Shown one piece after another: positions 28,247 through 38,607 of a stretch of DNA of 64,000 bases. The stretch's first letter is position 1; every line of letters begins with the position of its first letter. The notes beneath the pieces were generated by a model. It did no database searches and was not told the DNA's origin. It saw only the letters and a list, made by a program, of their open reading frames with translations. Source of the DNA: Candidatus Enterousia sp. GTDB lineage: Bacteria; Pseudomonadota; Alphaproteobacteria; Rs-D84. The stretch lies in assembly GCA_045539815.1 (NCBI GenBank), contig JAZQGC010000002.1, forward strand, positions 11,794 through 75,793, given 5' to 3'. A program made the translations under genes and the position numbers.

Positions 28247-28939
28247 ATGCATATGAGCACAAAACAAGCAATTTTTACCCTGATGGGTGGTCGCGTTAAA
28301 TTTCATCGTGGCACATATAATCCGACATCCGATGCGGTATGGTTGGCTGCATTTGCCGCATCATTTAACGCAAGAACCGTTTTGGATGTTGGTATTGGCA
28401 CAGGTGGGGTATCGTTATGTTTACAATCCCACACACCACACACCCAGATTACAGGGCTGGACACATCCCTGGAAATGTTAACCCAATGCGCCGATAACGC
28501 AGAATTAAATTCTGTTAACCTGGAATTAATACATACTGATATAGAACAATGGCGAACAGCACGTACATTTGACATGGTTATAACAAACCCGCCGTATTTT
28601 AATGGCACCCCTGCGAAACATAACGCCCACCACAACGCCAACCTGTCTGGATGGATATCCCGTTGCATTGCGCGCGTAAAACCCATGGGCACATTCTGCA
28701 TAATCACAGACGCATCAACCCTGGGACAGGTAATATCAGAAATGGCACAGAAACTGGGCGATATTACAGTAATTCCCCTATTTGGGTCAAAACCCACGGC
28801 CGAGCGTATTTTAATATCCGGCCGTTTGGGCACAAAAGGCATATCAAAAATATACAGTGGCTTTTCGATGAATTACGCACCAATTTTACGCGACGGCTTG
28901 ACTATTGCAGATATTTTGTCTAAACTGGGGCAGAAATGA
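28247..28939 (+). CDS. class I SAM-dependent N6-adenine methyltransferase (TrmN6/YfiC-like)
   Basis: SAM motif VLDVGIGTGGVSL and catalytic motif VITNPPYF. Confidence 0.75.
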   Translation: MHMSTKQAIFTLMGGRVKFHRGTYNPTSDAVWLAAFAASFNARTVLDVGIGTGGVSLCLQSHTPHTQITGLDTSLEMLTQCADNAELNSVNLELIHTDIEQWRTARTFDMVITNPPYFNGTPAKHNAHHNANLSGWISRCIARVKPMGTFCIITDASTLGQVISEMAQKLGDITVIPLFGSKPTAERILISGRLGTKGISKIYSGFSMNYAPILRDGLTIADILSKLGQK

Positions 28940-30213
28940 TAAATTTTATAACCAGACATTTTACATCCCTGTGGGCATTTATCACATCACCATTTCGTGC
29001 GATATGGCGTCTGATTGTGCGCATGTTTCCGCCCCGTCAATTTACGGTTATGGACACACCGCGCGGCAATGTTTACACATTTGATCAAAGCAGTTTTTGG
29101 CGTTTCACGCGTTTTTGTGGCAAGGTTGGTCTGATTATATGGGCATCTTGGTCAACATATGTGTTTATTTACCACCGTCCATTATTACAGATGCGCACCC
29201 AGCAACTGGAAGAAGCACGCGCCACCCACGACAGACACATGACAGATTTACAGACATACTTAAAGAAATACAATGATTTGGCGCGCGACTTAAATGTTAT
29301 CGACGACAAGGTTTTAAACGACAAATCACTGAAAGACAAAGAAAAAGAAAAATTAATAAACAGCCGCATAAAAACCTGGGGCGAACTGGAATTTTTGCAC
29401 ACCCGCGTTACAGAAATGCTGAAAGACGAAGAATACGCCCCAGAATACACAAAAATGTCTGAATTATCCGCAGAATATGAATTAACACGTGCCGAGAACG
29501 AAGAACTAAAAAAACGCAACACAAAATTAGTTGAAAACATGTTGCAAATTGCCGAAGCAGACAACGCAATTGTTGACATGGTTGACACACTGACGACGGA
29601 CAAATCCGCAGAATTACATAAAAACATAAAAACAATTAACGGCACACTGGCCACATTGGGATTGACCGAAAAAACACTTATACGTAATGTAAATAAATAT
29701 TCCAGTCCGATTGTTGGCGCGGCATTTAATCCATTGGAATTTGATAAAGACATCAATGAAAAATATAAAAAACTGGCTGATGGTCTGGAACGTTGGAACG
29801 GCTTAAAGCGCCTGAATGAGGTACTGCCACTGGGTAAACCGGTAAAATCCCGTATAACATCCAACTATGGCGTACGCAATGATCCATTTACCGGCAAACC
29901 CAAAAAGCATCGTGGCATTGATTTTGCCGGGAAAATTGGCACAGAATTATTGGCGGTTGCACCGGGGCGCGTTGTTTCTGCGGGGGAACGCGTTGGATAT
30001 GGCACAACGGTTGAAATTGATCATGGTTTGGGCTTTACAACCCTGTACGCCCACTTGTCCCAGATTATGGTATCGCGTGGGGACTGGGTCAGACCTGGCA
30101 CTGTAATTGGATTGGCTGGGTCGTCTGGGCGTTCAACGGGCCCACATTTGCATTATGAAATCAGATACAAGGGCGCACCATTTGATCCAACAAAATTTGT
30201 AAAAGGAAACTAA
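28936..30213 (+). CDS. membrane-anchored coiled-coil M23 metallopeptidase (LmdC/EnvC-like)
   Basis: TM helix VGLIIWASWSTYVFIY, a coiled coil, and M23 motifs HRGIDFAG and GPHLHYEIR. Confidence 0.85.
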   Translation: MINFITRHFTSLWAFITSPFRAIWRLIVRMFPPRQFTVMDTPRGNVYTFDQSSFWRFTRFCGKVGLIIWASWSTYVFIYHRPLLQMRTQQLEEARATHDRHMTDLQTYLKKYNDLARDLNVIDDKVLNDKSLKDKEKEKLINSRIKTWGELEFLHTRVTEMLKDEEYAPEYTKMSELSAEYELTRAENEELKKRNTKLVENMLQIAEADNAIVDMVDTLTTDKSAELHKNIKTINGTLATLGLTEKTLIRNVNKYSSPIVGAAFNPLEFDKDINEKYKKLADGLERWNGLKRLNEVLPLGKPVKSRITSNYGVRNDPFTGKPKKHRGIDFAGKIGTELLAVAPGRVVSAGERVGYGTTVEIDHGLGFTTLYAHLSQIMVSRGDWVRPGTVIGLAGSSGRSTGPHLHYEIRYKGAPFDPTKFVKGN

Positions 30214-30216
30214 GAC

Positions 30217-30567
30217 ATGCTGGCATTTACTAATTCTTCGGAAAAACAATCCCCAACCATTATCGGGGCAGGTTGCAAATTGACAGGCGACATAAAAACA
30301 GACCATACTGTACAAATTCACGGCGAAGTTGTGGGCAACATCACCGCAGAAACAGTTGTCATTGGTCGTGGCGGTCGCGTTATTGGCGAAGTACAAACAC
30401 CAATATTATTTTTACATGGTACCCTGGATGGTCCGGCCACAGTTAACATTGCCAATGTATTCAGTGCGGCCCAAATGACGGGCGAACTGTCGTATCGCAC
30501 ACTAAACATTACCGGCAACACAGGTCTTGAATGCAAATTATCAAAACGAAAGGACACAGAAAAATGA
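30217..30567 (+). CDS. bactofilin
   Basis: 116 aa. IGAGCKLTGDIKTDHTVQIHGEVVGNITAETVVIGRGGRVIGEV is the bactofilin beta-helix repeat pattern. Confidence 0.8.
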   Translation: MLAFTNSSEKQSPTIIGAGCKLTGDIKTDHTVQIHGEVVGNITAETVVIGRGGRVIGEVQTPILFLHGTLDGPATVNIANVFSAAQMTGELSYRTLNITGNTGLECKLSKRKDTEK

Positions 30568-31010
30568 ATAAAACAGTATCCAAGGTATATATCGCATCCG
30601 ATCATCGCGGTGTCAGTTTAAAATTGTATTTGATTGAAATGTTGGCGGCCAGTGGTTATAACACTGTAAATCTGGGGGTTGACGATCCGAACACATCTGC
30701 GGATTATCCAGATGTTGCTGCAACATTGGCGGACGCCATGATTGACGATAAAAACGCACGTGGCATAATTATTTGTGGCACTGGTGCGGGCGTTATGATT
30801 GCTGCAAACAGATATCGTCATATTCGTGCATCGCGTTGCACCACACCAACCCAGGCGCGCGACGATCGTTTCCACGATGACATAAATGTATTGGCCCTGG
30901 CGGCAGACGATATTGATATAGAGGTTGCATTTTTATGCGTTCAATCATTTTTGGAAAGTCCATTTGACAATATTGAACGCCGCATTCGCAGAATTGAAAA
31001 AATATCATAA
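30564..31010 (+). CDS. rpiB: ribose-5-phosphate isomerase B
   Basis: IASDHRG and ICGTGAGVMIAANR motifs. Start chosen at MNKTVSKVY. Confidence 0.9.
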   Translation: MNKTVSKVYIASDHRGVSLKLYLIEMLAASGYNTVNLGVDDPNTSADYPDVAATLADAMIDDKNARGIIICGTGAGVMIAANRYRHIRASRCTTPTQARDDRFHDDINVLALAADDIDIEVAFLCVQSFLESPFDNIERRIRRIEKIS

Positions 31011-31038
31011 AAAAAATCCCCAAACGGGGATTTTTTTT
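31011..31038. terminator. bidirectional terminator
   Basis: A-run, ATCCCCaaacGGGGAT, then T8. The core is identical to the element at 55847. Confidence 0.75.
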
Positions 31039-31084
31039 ATCAAAAACACGGTCTAAACACCAAAATTTCCTGACCTGATTATTC

Positions 31085-32185
31085 TTAATCTGCTAAATAA
31101 CATTCTTCGTCACAATATTCCGTCTCTGCATTAAAGTAACAATCCCCCGCTGACTTGCCGTCTACTGATTGCAAACTCCAAAATCCTGTATCATCTTCAC
31201 CAGACTTAGCACCATCATGCTTCTTATAACAATCGTTTTTCGTTCTCTCTTCATAATACGTTCTATTACAATTGGCTATATCTTTTGATTCTAATTTCTT
31301 TATGCTAATTTGATTAGAAGTATAACTGTCATATATGTATATATAATCTGGTACAAATAAAGATTTAGCAGAACCTAATTCCCCATTACCGCACTTATAC
31401 TTCTTAAAAGAAAATGCTTTTGAATCCTGTTGTACAAAACCATTGTCGTCACAAGATATACCGCCGCCTTTTGCAGTATAATTTATTTTGCCTTCCTCAT
31501 CCTTATACACTGGCACAAAATAGTTGGAAGGGGAATTATTTTTGTCTTCATACTGATATTTTACTACCCAATGATTCACTTTATTATCACCATTACCCAA
31601 ATCTGCAAATGCAATACACAAATCTTCAAGCCGCTCAGACCAATATACATTACGCTCTACAGATTCATTCTCATCATAACATAAACCACCCCCTTCGGTT
31701 GAATCCCAACACATTGCAGCTTGTTGTTCCGCCATAATATATGAACCATCCTCAAAATTCACGGAATCAGTATTATCTAAAAACACCATTGCATTATTAT
31801 TTGGATGAATATTTTGTACTCTACATGACGAGGATTCATACACATATTCACCATACTGCGTATTATTACAACATCTACTACCGCCCTGCGTCCCCCCAAA
31901 ACTTAAACAACTTGGTACGCAATGTCCACAATTTGAGGGAGGACTTGAACTGCTATCTATATAAAGAGTTGTTTCACTCCCATAAAAATCTTGATATTTT
32001 GCTCCTGGCAAGCTGTCAATTACATCTTTATAAGTAGTATTTTCTCTACACGGGTAATAAGACAACGTATCTTCTATGTCTTCGAAATAGTCAATTTGAG
32101 TATTTTGTTGCCAATAAGATGAAGATGTTTTAACAAAACCAAACAAAACAAAAAATACAACCAACACACGGGTTAATTTGTGCAT
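31085..32185 (-). CDS. secreted Cys-rich protein, CYY-E C-terminal family (large member)
   Basis: Signal peptide VVFFVLFGFVKTSSS. The C-terminus DDTGFWSLQSVDGKSAGDCYFNAETEYCDEECYLAD aligns to the 42797 gene C-terminus. Confidence 0.7.
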   Translation of the reverse strand: MHKLTRVLVVFFVLFGFVKTSSSYWQQNTQIDYFEDIEDTLSYYPCRENTTYKDVIDSLPGAKYQDFYGSETTLYIDSSSSPPSNCGHCVPSCLSFGGTQGGSRCCNNTQYGEYVYESSSCRVQNIHPNNNAMVFLDNTDSVNFEDGSYIMAEQQAAMCWDSTEGGGLCYDENESVERNVYWSERLEDLCIAFADLGNGDNKVNHWVVKYQYEDKNNSPSNYFVPVYKDEEGKINYTAKGGGISCDDNGFVQQDSKAFSFKKYKCGNGELGSAKSLFVPDYIYIYDSYTSNQISIKKLESKDIANCNRTYYEERTKNDCYKKHDGAKSGEDDTGFWSLQSVDGKSAGDCYFNAETEYCDEECYLAD

Positions 32186-32198
32186 AATAATATCCTTT

Positions 32199-32921
32199 TT
32201 ATTTTAATTTCTGGGTCCATTCGTTATCTGGAAAATTCTTACGCAACATTTCTGCATACCCATGCACTTGTTCTGGTAACCCAATTGCGGTATAGCATTC
32301 CGTTAAACGGTATAATGCTTCGGGCGTCATGACTGTTTCCTGGGCGTCTGATACAACCGACTGCAAACGATTAATCGCACTGGTCCAGTTTTCCCGACGC
32401 ATATCATTACGCGCCGCATACATAACCTTGCCCGCGATATAGTTTTTCAGAATAATTATCTTGTTTTTTGCATTTTTTGCATATTCACTGCGCGGGAAAC
32501 GCTGTACCAAACTTTGGAACTGTTGCAGGGCATATGCACTCATCCCCGGTTCACGACGAACATCACTGACCTGGCGGTAATAACACATACCACGCAAATA
32601 CATTACATATGCAACATCACGGTGGCCGGGATAAAAACGCATAAATCTGTCAGTTACCAATAACGCCCCCGCAAAATCCCCATCCATATAATACGAATAT
32701 GCCGCCATAACCAGCGCATCTGGGGCCCATTGACTGACCGGGAACATCGATTCGACCTTCAAGAATTCCAGCGCCGCCTGTTCATAATCTTCGTCATTAA
32801 ATTCTGCATATGCCGTTTCATAAATCTGTGGCAATGTTACATCTGTTTGAATTTGTGCATCTTTACCGGCGCATGCCCCCAAAAACACGCAACATAAAAT
32901 CAACAATCTTAAATTTCTCAT
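32199..32921 (-). CDS. bamD: outer membrane protein assembly factor BamD
   Basis: Lipobox FLGAC, TPR repeats and BamD-like sequence. Confidence 0.85.
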   Translation of the reverse strand: MRNLRLLILCCVFLGACAGKDAQIQTDVTLPQIYETAYAEFNDEDYEQAALEFLKVESMFPVSQWAPDALVMAAYSYYMDGDFAGALLVTDRFMRFYPGHRDVAYVMYLRGMCYYRQVSDVRREPGMSAYALQQFQSLVQRFPRSEYAKNAKNKIIILKNYIAGKVMYAARNDMRRENWTSAINRLQSVVSDAQETVMTPEALYRLTECYTAIGLPEQVHGYAEMLRKNFPDNEWTQKLK

Positions 32922-32974
32922 GCTAAATATTCCTGCCTTGATTTTTTATTAACATACGCATTATAATCAAAACT

Positions 32975-34441
32975 ATGAAACTTGGCAAACATATTTTAGG
33001 CGTCGGCGCCATGACAGGAATCAGTCGCGTATTTGGATTTATTCGCGACATGCTGATTGCGCGCGTATTGGGGGCGGGGCGCCTGTCTGATATATTCTTG
33101 GCGGCGTTCAAGTTACCGAATTTATTCCGCGACTTGTTGGGCGAAGGGGCACTGTCCGCAATATTTATCCCAATGTATACAGATTCCAAGAAAGATGCTG
33201 GCTTTGCAAAAAATGTATTTTCTTGGTTAATGGTTATTTTGCTGGGGATTACAATCTTGTTTGAAATATTTATGCCACTGATTGTATGGATATTGGCACC
33301 TGGGTTTGATGCGGTCCCGGGCAAGATGGAAATGACGGTTATTATATCACGCATAATGTTCATTTATGTAATATTCATTTGCGGGTCGGCATTTTTATCG
33401 GCAATATTGAACGCCTTTTCCAGATTTATACTGGCGGCATTTATGCCTGTATTACTAAACATAATGTTAATTTGTGCATTATTGGCGGCGATGATATTTG
33501 GTTCAGAACACATTTTGTACCTGATGGCGGGCACAGTTGTGGCATCTGGCGTTATACAGTTCTTGGTTTTATGGACACGCATCCGACGCAAACATTTTGG
33601 ATTGCATCTGGTTCGTCCAAAATGGACCCCTGGCATCAGCAGTATATTCCGTCGCATGGGGGTCAGCATTGTCGGCAGTGGTTTTTACCAGATAACCATT
33701 ATTGTCGGCACACTGGTCGCCAGTTTTCAGGGTGGGGCGGTATCGTGGTTGTATTATTCTGACAGAATTGTACAATTGCCATTTGCGATGATTGGTCTGG
33801 CCGCTGGCACCGTACTGATGTCATCTATATCAAATGCGCTGGCGGACAAGAATATGCGCAGTATCTATATCCAACAGAATTCATCTGCCCGCAAATCATT
33901 AATGTTAACATTGCCATGCGTTGTGGGCTTGTTTATTTTATCTGAACCAATTATTCAATACTTGTTTGAATATGGTGCCTGGACGCACCAGTCAACAATC
34001 GCTGTTTCACGTGCAATAATGATTCAGGCACTGGTATTACCAGCCATGGTAATCAGCCAAATATACAGCAAAACCTTGTACGCATCCCAAGATGTAAAAA
34101 CACCTGTAAAAACCAGCATGATATCATTGGGCTTGGCCGCGGTATTATATGTTACACTGTTTCCATTTATCGGATATTTGGCCATACCTGTGGGGATTGT
34201 CATCAGCGGATATGTAAAAAATTATTTACTGGGGCGCATTTGTCGCCAGCGTCAATTGACCAAGACAGACAGTCGCACAATTCATGCAACCGTATCTTTC
34301 TTGGTACTATCTGTGATTTTGGGGGCGATACTGTATATGATTCCGATAACCAACATATGGGCACTGTTTATTGCGATTGCGGGTTATGGTGTTACATACC
34401 TGCCGTTGGCGTACATTTTAGACCGAAAAATCAAGCATTAA
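32975..34441 (+). CDS. murJ: lipid II flippase MurJ
   Basis: ISRVFGFIRDMLIARVLGAG, AFKLPNLFRDLLGEGALSAIFIP and about 14 TM helices. Confidence 0.9.
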   Translation: MKLGKHILGVGAMTGISRVFGFIRDMLIARVLGAGRLSDIFLAAFKLPNLFRDLLGEGALSAIFIPMYTDSKKDAGFAKNVFSWLMVILLGITILFEIFMPLIVWILAPGFDAVPGKMEMTVIISRIMFIYVIFICGSAFLSAILNAFSRFILAAFMPVLLNIMLICALLAAMIFGSEHILYLMAGTVVASGVIQFLVLWTRIRRKHFGLHLVRPKWTPGISSIFRRMGVSIVGSGFYQITIIVGTLVASFQGGAVSWLYYSDRIVQLPFAMIGLAAGTVLMSSISNALADKNMRSIYIQQNSSARKSLMLTLPCVVGLFILSEPIIQYLFEYGAWTHQSTIAVSRAIMIQALVLPAMVISQIYSKTLYASQDVKTPVKTSMISLGLAAVLYVTLFPFIGYLAIPVGIVISGYVKNYLLGRICRQRQLTKTDSRTIHATVSFLVLSVILGAILYMIPITNIWALFIAIAGYGVTYLPLAYILDRKIKH

Positions 34442-34510
34442 AATAAATTTGAAACCGAACCTTTTTTATGATAAAATACAAAACATAAAGAATGTAAGGA
34501 GTCAAAAATC

Positions 34511-35392
34511 ATGAAAAAAGTTATATCTTTGGCTGTATTGGCTGCAACATTGGCGGGCTGTATGGACCTCAGCACGACCAGCAATAATGCCGGTTATGGC
34601 GCAGACGGCTTTGGCGAAGAAGCATTGGTTACAACAACACCTGCAACAGAACAGTCATTAAATGATACATATCTGATGGCGGCCGCACCAAAATATTATA
34701 TCGGCACCGCATACAAGGTTGACGAAGTACAGTATATCCCTGTGGAAGATTTGACATACAACCAAACAGGCATGGCTGGTATAATTCCCACAGAATTAAA
34801 TGGCACAAAAACCAGCAATGGCGAAATATTTGATGTTAATCAAATGGTCGCAACCAGCAAGACATTACCATTACCAACCATTGCGCGCGTAACAAATCTG
34901 GACAACGGTCAATCTGTTGTTGTTCGTGTAAACAATCGCGGTCCATTTGTAAACACACGTTTAATGGATTTATCGCCTGCGGCGGCGCAAAAAATTGGCA
35001 TCAACGGCCAGGCCAAGGTTCAAATCCAGGTATTGGGCGACCAAACAATTGCTGTAAAGAACGCAACATTGGGCACACCACAAACAGAAGTTGTTGTAAC
35101 AGACACACCTGTTGAATCTGCACCTGTTGCACAACCTGCCGCACCAGCGTCCGGCACATACAGTGTTCAATTGGCTGCATTTTATGCCCAGGACAGCGCC
35201 GATGCATTGGCCCAACGCATGAAAACATACGGCGATGCAGTTGTCGTTAACGAAGGCGACATGTTCAAGGTTCGTATTATCAATCTGGACGCCACCCAGG
35301 CACGCAGCATAATCGACACACTGCGTTCAAACGAAGGCATGGCCCCAGGATTGTTAAAAGACGGTCGTTGGGTAAATCCTGACAGTATCTAA
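34511..35392 (+). CDS. rlpA: septal ring lytic transglycosylase RlpA (DPBB plus SPOR), lipoprotein
   Basis: Lipobox LAGC, DPBB motif TSNGEIFD...ARVTNLDNGQSVVVRVNNRGPF, and a SPOR-like C-terminus. Confidence 0.85.
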   Translation: MKKVISLAVLAATLAGCMDLSTTSNNAGYGADGFGEEALVTTTPATEQSLNDTYLMAAAPKYYIGTAYKVDEVQYIPVEDLTYNQTGMAGIIPTELNGTKTSNGEIFDVNQMVATSKTLPLPTIARVTNLDNGQSVVVRVNNRGPFVNTRLMDLSPAAAQKIGINGQAKVQIQVLGDQTIAVKNATLGTPQTEVVVTDTPVESAPVAQPAAPASGTYSVQLAAFYAQDSADALAQRMKTYGDAVVVNEGDMFKVRIINLDATQARSIIDTLRSNEGMAPGLLKDGRWVNPDSI

Positions 35393-35424
35393 AAAAATAA
35401 AAAACCCGCATTTGCGGGTTTTTT
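35393..35424. terminator. bidirectional terminator
   Basis: A-run, AACCCGCatttGCGGGTT, then T-run. Confidence 0.75.
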
Positions 35425-35938
35425 ATTTTTGATAATCGTTGTACTTAAACCATTTCCAACTATCTTCAATCTTATACTTACGCCAATCCTTTTGCACATC
35501 TACTTCTGATTCATAAACAATCTTTTCTTTTGGAATTATTATTGGTTTTGCACGAATTTCTTTATCATATATCAGCTTCACAGAATATTTTACATACGGA
35601 CAAAACGCAGGCAAAATATATTGTATTGTAATCACCTGTGGCGACAATTTTACACCATTGTGCGCCAAACAACCGCTTACCGCATCACCGCGTTTGCTGA
35701 CATCCGAAGAATAGCATTTGCATTTTCTGGTTTCTTTATCCAAATGATCACACGCAATTGTTGTTAACCAAATCAAACCATCTTCATCCATTACTTTTAC
35801 AAAACAGCATGTACCGCATTGCTTGCACAGATTTTCCCATTTTGGACTGTACGGTACTATACACCCCTTGCCATCTTTGTTATCCTTGCACCCTTTACAA
35901 CTTTTTTTGCAATCAGGCGCATAACTATATTTTTTCAT
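35423..35938 (-). CDS. YkgJ-family (UPF0153) CxxCxxCC zinc/iron-sulfur cluster protein
   Basis: CKQCGTCCF motif plus additional conserved Cys residues. Confidence 0.7.
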   Translation of the reverse strand: MKKYSYAPDCKKSCKGCKDNKDGKGCIVPYSPKWENLCKQCGTCCFVKVMDEDGLIWLTTIACDHLDKETRKCKCYSSDVSKRGDAVSGCLAHNGVKLSPQVITIQYILPAFCPYVKYSVKLIYDKEIRAKPIIIPKEKIVYESEVDVQKDWRKYKIEDSWKWFKYNDYQK

Positions 35939-36016
35939 AAAAAGCCTCTTTTTTTTTACACACTACAATATAATACATATTATCATTTTGTCAATATCAG
36001 ATTAATAAAAAAATTT

Positions 36017-36045
36017 ATCCCCGACATAAAATCGGGGATTTTTTT
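36017..36045. terminator. terminator hairpin downstream of leuS
   Basis: ATCCCCGacataaaatCGGGGAT flanked by an A-run and a T-run. Confidence 0.55.
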
Positions 36046-36053
36046 ACAACCAA

Positions 36054-38450
36054 TTACTTCTTTACAACAAAGTTCACCAACTTTTTCGGCACAACAATTG
36101 TTTTGATGATTTCAACACCATCCAATTTTGCACCTGTGGCTTCTTTTGCCGCATCAATAATCGCTGTTTCATCTGCATCGGTGGCGACAACAAATTCTGC
36201 TGCACGTTTACCGTTAATTGACGCAACAATTGTCATTTGCGTCTCAACCAGCTTTGACGCATCAAATGTTGGCCACGGTTCAAATACCAGCATATCATCA
36301 TGCCCCAGTTTTTCCCACATTTCTTCGGTTAAATGCGGTGCAAATGGATTCAATATCTGCAACAGTGTTTCATACGCAGGGCGGGGCATTTTACCACCAA
36401 ACGCATTGATATATTCCATCATTGCAGAAATTGTGGTATTAAATTTCATTTCTTCCAAACGCTGTGTTGCATCGGCAATCAGTTTATGTTGCAAACGTTC
36501 TTGTTCTGCGGTCATTGGCTCATCTGTCAGATTATCCGACAAATTTTCCACACGTTTCAAGAAACGTTGCACACCAGCCAGCGCCCCATCAGTCCATATC
36601 GTGTTATTTTCCCACGGCCCTAACGACAACACCGCAACACGTCCAGCGTCCGCACCAACACTTTCAACCAAATCAGCGACCATAAATCCGTTACCGCGTG
36701 ACTTGGACATTTTAAACCCATCGTTACCCATTAACAACCCCTGGGCGGTTCGTTTTGCATATGGTTCTGGCGTATTTACCAATCCCAAATCATACAAAGC
36801 ATGATGCCAGAAACGCGAATAAATCAAGTGTCTGGTATTGTGTTCATGCCCACCATTATAATGCGTTACCGGCATCCATTTTTCCATCTGTTCACGCGAA
36901 CAGAATTCATCATTGTTTTTCGGGTCCAGATAACGCAAGAAATACCACGAAGACCCCGCCCATCCCGGCATTGTATCTGTTTCGCGTTTTGCCGGCGCGC
37001 CACAATGCGGACAGGTTGTATTTACCCAATCTGTTGCACGTGCCAATGGACCTTCGCCATCATCTGTTGGACGATAATCAGACATATATGGTTGCATCAG
37101 TGGCAATTCAGAATCCGGCACAGGTACCCAACCACATTTTTCACAATGCACCATTGGGATTGGTTCGCCCCAGTACATTTGACGCGAAAATCCCCAGTCT
37201 TTTAATTTATATTTTGTTGTTCCGCGTGCAAAGCCATGTTCAGAACCGTATTTAATTGCGGCTGCAATCGCATCATCTTTACCCATACCATCCAAGAAAG
37301 AAGAGTTTATATGTACACCATCACCTTCCCAGACTTTTCCTTCTTCACCGCCCGCCAGAACAGGGATAATATCCAGTCCAAACTTTTTCGCAAAGTCCCA
37401 ATCACGACCATCATGTGCCGGCACCGCCATAATCGTACCATACGCATAATCCACCAAGACATAATCTGATGTAAACACTGGAATTTCAGTTCCCGTGAAC
37501 GGATTTACCGCCATAATTCCATCCAAACGCACACCGGTCTTTTCTTTTGTTGCATCTGTTCGTTCAATTTCAGATTTTGATGCAGATTCCTTGATATAAG
37601 AACGCACATCATCTGCGTTTTTAATTTTGCCTTCATCCAGCCATTTTTTTACCAACGCGTGTTCTGGCGCAATAACACAGAAGGTTACACCGAATATAGT
37701 ATCAACACGTGTTGTATAAACAGTCATAACATCATCGCCAACCATAAAATCAACATCCGCACCATGGGATTTACCAATCAGATTTATTTCGTCTTTTTTA
37801 ATACGTTCATCAAAATCAACATCTTTCAATCCGTCCAGCAATTTATCTGCATACTTTGACAACGCCAGGTTCCACTGTAACTTTTCTTTTTTTTCAATTG
37901 CCCCATGACAGCGTGGACATTTATTATCTTCCAATTCTTCGTTTGTAAATGTTGTTCTGCAATCGGGACACCAGTTCATTGGCAACGCAGACTTATACGC
38001 CAACCCCGCTTTCCAGAATTGAATAAACATCCACTGGGTCCACTTGATATATTCCGGATCAGACGTTGAAACGCGTGTTTCCGGGCTGACAGACCAACCA
38101 ACACGATCTATCATTTCAGAATAACTTTTAGTTAATTCAGCGGCAACATCGGCAGGATGCTTACCAATTTTTGTTGCATAATGTTCGCCTGCGATTCCCA
38201 TTGCGTCAAACCCCATTGGGAACAACACATCAAAACCGCGCGCACGACGAAATCGCGCCAACACATCGATACCAGAATAATTCAACATATGTCCTGCATG
38301 CATACCCGCCCCAGACAAAAACGGAAATTCTACCAACGTATAAAACCTTGTTTTTGAACCATCATTTTTTGGCACAAACGCACGTGCATCTGCCCATTTT
38401 TTTTGCCATTTTGCTTCGCGTTCATGAATTCTTTTGATATCATCTGCCAT
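36054..38450 (-). CDS. leuS: leucyl-tRNA synthetase
   Basis: A HIGH-like motif (AGMHAGH), KMSKS (FKMSKSRGN) and a CP1 editing domain. Start chosen at MADDIKRIHEREAKWQKKW. Confidence 0.95.
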   Translation of the reverse strand: MADDIKRIHEREAKWQKKWADARAFVPKNDGSKTRFYTLVEFPFLSGAGMHAGHMLNYSGIDVLARFRRARGFDVLFPMGFDAMGIAGEHYATKIGKHPADVAAELTKSYSEMIDRVGWSVSPETRVSTSDPEYIKWTQWMFIQFWKAGLAYKSALPMNWCPDCRTTFTNEELEDNKCPRCHGAIEKKEKLQWNLALSKYADKLLDGLKDVDFDERIKKDEINLIGKSHGADVDFMVGDDVMTVYTTRVDTIFGVTFCVIAPEHALVKKWLDEGKIKNADDVRSYIKESASKSEIERTDATKEKTGVRLDGIMAVNPFTGTEIPVFTSDYVLVDYAYGTIMAVPAHDGRDWDFAKKFGLDIIPVLAGGEEGKVWEGDGVHINSSFLDGMGKDDAIAAAIKYGSEHGFARGTTKYKLKDWGFSRQMYWGEPIPMVHCEKCGWVPVPDSELPLMQPYMSDYRPTDDGEGPLARATDWVNTTCPHCGAPAKRETDTMPGWAGSSWYFLRYLDPKNNDEFCSREQMEKWMPVTHYNGGHEHNTRHLIYSRFWHHALYDLGLVNTPEPYAKRTAQGLLMGNDGFKMSKSRGNGFMVADLVESVGADAGRVAVLSLGPWENNTIWTDGALAGVQRFLKRVENLSDNLTDEPMTAEQERLQHKLIADATQRLEEMKFNTTISAMMEYINAFGGKMPRPAYETLLQILNPFAPHLTEEMWEKLGHDDMLVFEPWPTFDASKLVETQMTIVASINGKRAAEFVVATDADETAIIDAAKEATGAKLDGVEIIKTIVVPKKLVNFVVKK

Positions 38451-38539
38451 TTTTTCAACCTTTTTGATTAAATTTACGGGCACACTGTAATAATAAAACG
38501 GTTTTAATTCAAGTTTTTTATACACCTAAAAAAAGCAAA

Positions 38540-38568
38540 TTGACACCCACAGATAAAAATGCAATAAT
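38540..38568 (+). promoter_or_regulatory. sigma70-like promoter, TTGACA-17-AATAAT
   Basis: TTGACA at 38540-45 and AATAAT at 38563-68. Homologous to the promoter at 40139. Confidence 0.5.
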
Positions 38569-38607
38569 CACAACCGATATATCGACGTAACAGGGGGAAG
38601 CGTTCAT

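Noticed and set aside
29169-29864. 231-aa Ser-rich minus-strand ORF inside the M23 peptidase gene
   Set aside because: It is antisense to the coiled-coil region of a gene with clear M23 motifs. It is a compositional artefact.
32923-33363. 146-aa minus-strand ORF opposite the murJ 5' region
   Set aside because: It overlaps murJ, which has clear family motifs. No motifs of its own, so it is a shadow ORF.
36103-36804. 233-aa plus-strand ORF inside leuS
   Set aside because: It is antisense to leuS and gives a Ser/Ala-rich shadow translation.
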